A DNA stretch of 38,734 nucleotides, from positions 1-38,734 of IMG/VR virus record IMGVR_UViG_3300025852_000007. One strand, given 5' to 3'. The DNA comes from a virus (Duplodnaviria; Caudoviricetes). The notes under the pieces were generated by a model. It saw only the letters and a list, made by a program, of their open reading frames with translations, ran no database searches and was not told the DNA's origin. Below are positions 35,696 through 38,734 of this stretch, one piece after another. Position 1 is the stretch's first letter. Each line of letters opens with the position of its first letter. The position numbers and the translations under genes were made by a program.

Positions 35696-35769
35696 TTGCA
35701 ACAATAATGGCAAAATGTTATTATTATACCAAAGGCAAACAAACTTAAGCCCCTCATGGAGGTTTTTTT
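35696..35769 (+). promoter_or_regulatory. Late leader module copy 6 (before ejection genes)
   Basis: TTGCAA-17-TATTAT-N8-AGGCAAACAAACTTAAGCCCC-TCAT-GGAGGTTTTTTT. Confidence 0.75.
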
Positions 35770-35775
35770 AATATC

Positions 35776-36747
35776 ATGACAGATTACAACTCACTTATAA
35801 CTCAAGCGCAACAGCAGGGTCAAGCTCGACAGACTGACTATACAAATAAGGCTAACGATTATAGGAATCAATATAACACGGCTAAGAATCAAGCCGGTAC
35901 TGCTCAACAGCAAACTCAACAGTTCTCAGACTATATGAAGAACGAAGGCAGTGCGTCTAATCTTTACAATACAGCCCTAACTTCCCAAGAACAGAAAACT
36001 GGTTATGATCAAGGTCAAATGCAGAACGCTATGCGTAGTCTCTCACAGTCTCAAGGTTCACTATCAGCCTATAATGACTACGCCAATACGGCAGCTTCTA
36101 AGTGGGGTCTTAATGCTGGTGGACTAGCTTCTGCCAATGCTGGTGCGCAACAAGGTATTAACAATAATATCGCCGCTGCTTCGCAAGGTCTTTCTAATCA
36201 GCAACAAGCTTACCAACTAGCTCAGACAGGTGCTAATCAAGAAGCTGGACTTGGTGTTCAACAGCAACAGACTCAACTGGCTACTTATCAGGCTGTTTAT
36301 GACCAAGCTACAACCCAACAAAAGATGGCATCAGATAATATGCAAGCATACGAAAAGATGGCACAAGACCAGGGCGGACTTACGGCTCAACAGACGGAAA
36401 TGTATCAGAACTCGGCCAAACTGGTTGCTGATGCTCAAAATGCTATGGCTCAAGCATCGGCTGCGATTGCTGCGTCTAAACTATCTATTGCACAAGCACA
36501 AGGTCAAGACATCATGAACTCACAGAATCAAGCGTACACAAACTCGAAAGCATATAAAGCTTATCTTGCTGGCACAACTGATAAAAATGGTACTAAAATT
36601 AATCAGACTACCCCAGCTCCTTCAAATAGTAACGCGTTCAGTCAGGGAGTCGATTGGATATATAATAATCTTGATAAAAAATCTATAACTAATTGGGCAG
36701 ATAATAATATTAACAAACCTATGGGTAGTTTGTTTGGGATAAAATAA
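35776..36747 (+). CDS. Internal virion / DNA ejection protein
   Basis: Q/A/N-rich, predicted helical; end of the late region. Confidence 0.65.
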   Translation: MTDYNSLITQAQQQGQARQTDYTNKANDYRNQYNTAKNQAGTAQQQTQQFSDYMKNEGSASNLYNTALTSQEQKTGYDQGQMQNAMRSLSQSQGSLSAYNDYANTAASKWGLNAGGLASANAGAQQGINNNIAAASQGLSNQQQAYQLAQTGANQEAGLGVQQQQTQLATYQAVYDQATTQQKMASDNMQAYEKMAQDQGGLTAQQTEMYQNSAKLVADAQNAMAQASAAIAASKLSIAQAQGQDIMNSQNQAYTNSKAYKAYLAGTTDKNGTKINQTTPAPSNSNAFSQGVDWIYNNLDKKSITNWADNNINKPMGSLFGIK

Positions 36748-38705
36748 TGAATGACAATACAATAGTCGGTCAAAACGGTGGTATAATCCAACAACAAATG
36801 GACGCTGCCAATGCTTCTAAGTTGGCACAACAACAAGTACAAGGACAGACTATCAACTCACAAGCACCTGACTCTGGTAATTGGTTTACACATCTTCTTC
36901 CTACTATCGGTTCAATCGCCGCCCCTATAATTGGTGGGTTAGGGACAGGTGGCGTAGGTTTACTAGCAGGAGCGGGTCTGTCGGGAGCTGGTGGTGCTGC
37001 TGGTCAAGCATTACAGAATTGGCTAGAGGGTAAGAACCCAGTTGATAGCAACGTACTCGAATCAGGAGTAATGAACGCTGCTGGAGGGCTTGCTGGTGGT
37101 CTTATTGGTAAGATAGGTGCAAAGTTCGCTGCTAACACCGCAGCCCCAGCACTCGAAAAAGCCGGTAGCTCAATGTTAGCCGGTCAAGGCGCAGGAAACT
37201 TAGCTAAAGAAGATGCACAATATCTATTTAGTAAGGGTGTAACTAACCTGAAACAGATGGATGATATCGCCCCACTAGTCACAGGTTCGGAGGGCGCATT
37301 TAATAGAGCTGTAGAAAACTCTTTACTTAACGCAAGAGAAAAAGGCATGACACTAGATTTAAGCAGTCTAGCAAAACAAGGTAAAAACCTACCAGGAGCT
37401 ACTGTATCAAGCGCAATCACAGATGCTGGTATCGCGGGTGACGCAAATGCTGTTAAAGGTGTACAAGAAATGGTGCAGGGTACGTTAGAGAAGTACAATA
37501 AATCCGCCTTTACTAAACTATCCCCCGTTAGTAAGGGAGGTTCAACAGTCACTGTTTTTGATAATGGTGTACTTAATAACCAACACCCATTAGACGCTCT
37601 TAATATGAGTCGTGACTTAGATAAGACTGCCGCGACGTGGATGAAATCGTCGTCACCAACTATTCAAGCCCAAGGCAGAGCAGTTAAGAATGTCTCAAAT
37701 GTAATCAAAGATAATCTATATGGACCAGAGACTGGCATTGCTAAGATGGGTATTACCGACCAAGTTAGACAACAAGCAATCGCCGACCTAACACCTCTAC
37801 AAAAAATTAACCCTAAATATTATGAAGCTAAAGTATCCGAGATAGGACAGGCTAAGACTCTGGGTGATTTACGTTCATTCCAAGCTCCAGATGTTAGAGC
37901 AAGTTTGGCTTCTCAGGGTGTTCAGAAAATGGATAATTTAAGTGGCGGTACAACACTAGGTAGCGCATTGAAAGTCGGCGCACCTGTAGTCGGAATGTCA
38001 ATGGGTGGACTGCCAGGACTAGCTGCTGGATTAGTTTTACCAAAGGCACTTGGATCGGGCGCAGCCCAAACAGGGACTACGGCTTTACTTTCTAAACTGT
38101 CAGGAGCATTAGGAAGTAAAACAGCACAGAAATTAATACCAACTTTATCAAGAATCGGAGCATCAACCGCAGTCAACCTACCAACGATGGGCGCGGGAGC
38201 AGTATCAACGGCTAATATGCCACAAATAGGAGGAAATATGAACGGCGCACCAATACCAGGGATGAACGGAGTGAATGCGATGCAACCAGGAGTAGCGCAG
38301 ACACCATACGATCAATTAGTATCAGCGATGGAAGCTCAATCAATTTTAGCACCACAGTTAGCGGGTCAGTCTGGGGCTTCTGGTTTCTTATCAAAGATAG
38401 CACCTCAATTACAAGCTCGCCAAACATTAAGTGGTATGTTACCGAATATGCAAGCAGCTTATGGAAATGCTGGTGGCGCACAAGGATTGGGTGGAGCCTT
38501 CAGTATGCTTTCAAGTCTAGTACCAGGAACTGCCGCCAACACTTATCAGAGTCAGCAACAAGCAGTTGCTGCACAAATTGCTCAAGCGATGGGTATTAGT
38601 AAAGAAGAAGCTCTAGCACTCCTACCGCAGTTGATGCAAAATCCACAAGAAGCCCAACAAAGAATGGGTGGACTTGGTAGCATTCTCTCTAGTCTTGCAC
38701 AGTAA
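36747..38705 (+). CDS. Internal virion / DNA ejection protein with glycine-zipper segments
   Basis: G/A-rich hydrophobic GxxxG tracts; 652 aa. Confidence 0.7.
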   Translation: MNDNTIVGQNGGIIQQQMDAANASKLAQQQVQGQTINSQAPDSGNWFTHLLPTIGSIAAPIIGGLGTGGVGLLAGAGLSGAGGAAGQALQNWLEGKNPVDSNVLESGVMNAAGGLAGGLIGKIGAKFAANTAAPALEKAGSSMLAGQGAGNLAKEDAQYLFSKGVTNLKQMDDIAPLVTGSEGAFNRAVENSLLNAREKGMTLDLSSLAKQGKNLPGATVSSAITDAGIAGDANAVKGVQEMVQGTLEKYNKSAFTKLSPVSKGGSTVTVFDNGVLNNQHPLDALNMSRDLDKTAATWMKSSSPTIQAQGRAVKNVSNVIKDNLYGPETGIAKMGITDQVRQQAIADLTPLQKINPKYYEAKVSEIGQAKTLGDLRSFQAPDVRASLASQGVQKMDNLSGGTTLGSALKVGAPVVGMSMGGLPGLAAGLVLPKALGSGAAQTGTTALLSKLSGALGSKTAQKLIPTLSRIGASTAVNLPTMGAGAVSTANMPQIGGNMNGAPIPGMNGVNAMQPGVAQTPYDQLVSAMEAQSILAPQLAGQSGASGFLSKIAPQLQARQTLSGMLPNMQAAYGNAGGAQGLGGAFSMLSSLVPGTAANTYQSQQQAVAAQIAQAMGISKEEALALLPQLMQNPQEAQQRMGGLGSILSSLAQ

Positions 38706-38734
38706 CTTTTAGTTTTTTATCTTCACTATCGAAA
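38689..38734 (-). CDS. 3' end of a minus-strand gene, probably the continuation of ORF 1-189
   Basis: Minus strand reads FDSEDKKLKVTVQD* from the window end. Confidence 0.5.
   Translation of the reverse strand, partial: FDSEDKKLKVTVQD

Noticed and set aside
2452-35769. Late leaders as a known riboswitch or CRISPR-like repeats
   Set aside because: They do not match aptamer consensuses I recognise (preQ1, fluoride), and they are dispersed rather than arrayed with spacers
1-38734. Stop-codon reassignment, tRNA genes, CRISPR array
   Set aside because: Genes are intact in code 11 with TAA, TAG and TGA all used as stops; no cloverleaf or repeat-spacer array was seen by eye

Overview
The window looks like an almost complete ~38.7-kb short-tailed (podovirus-like) dsDNA phage genome: the two ends appear to be halves of one small minus-strand gene. 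Standard genetic code; the host is inferred to be Saccharibacteria/CPR-like. Layout: a minus-strand groES-groEL operon (1-2420), a lysis cassette (2503-4387), a ~1-kb mostly non-coding control region packed with promoters and hairpins (5185-6240), early recombination, methylase and accessory genes (6244-15002), then packaging, head, tail-fibre, tail and ejection genes (15335-38705). I recognise no integrase, CI-type repressor, DNA polymerase, primase, helicase, replication initiator or reverse transcriptase. Main signals: (1) six copies of a promoter + AGGC + hairpin/U-tract leader before late operons, with one compensatory base change, next to a Mu Com-like zinc-finger gene; (2) a candidate small RNA antisense to a GGAGATTGA box found in all three early leaders, plus a separate convergent sense/antisense RNA pair; (3) an orphan DGR-type variable region with no template repeat or RT; (4) a 33-bp long-range stem bracketing one gene; (5) a chaperonin pair in a small phage. 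All product calls come from motifs recognised by eye, not from database searches.
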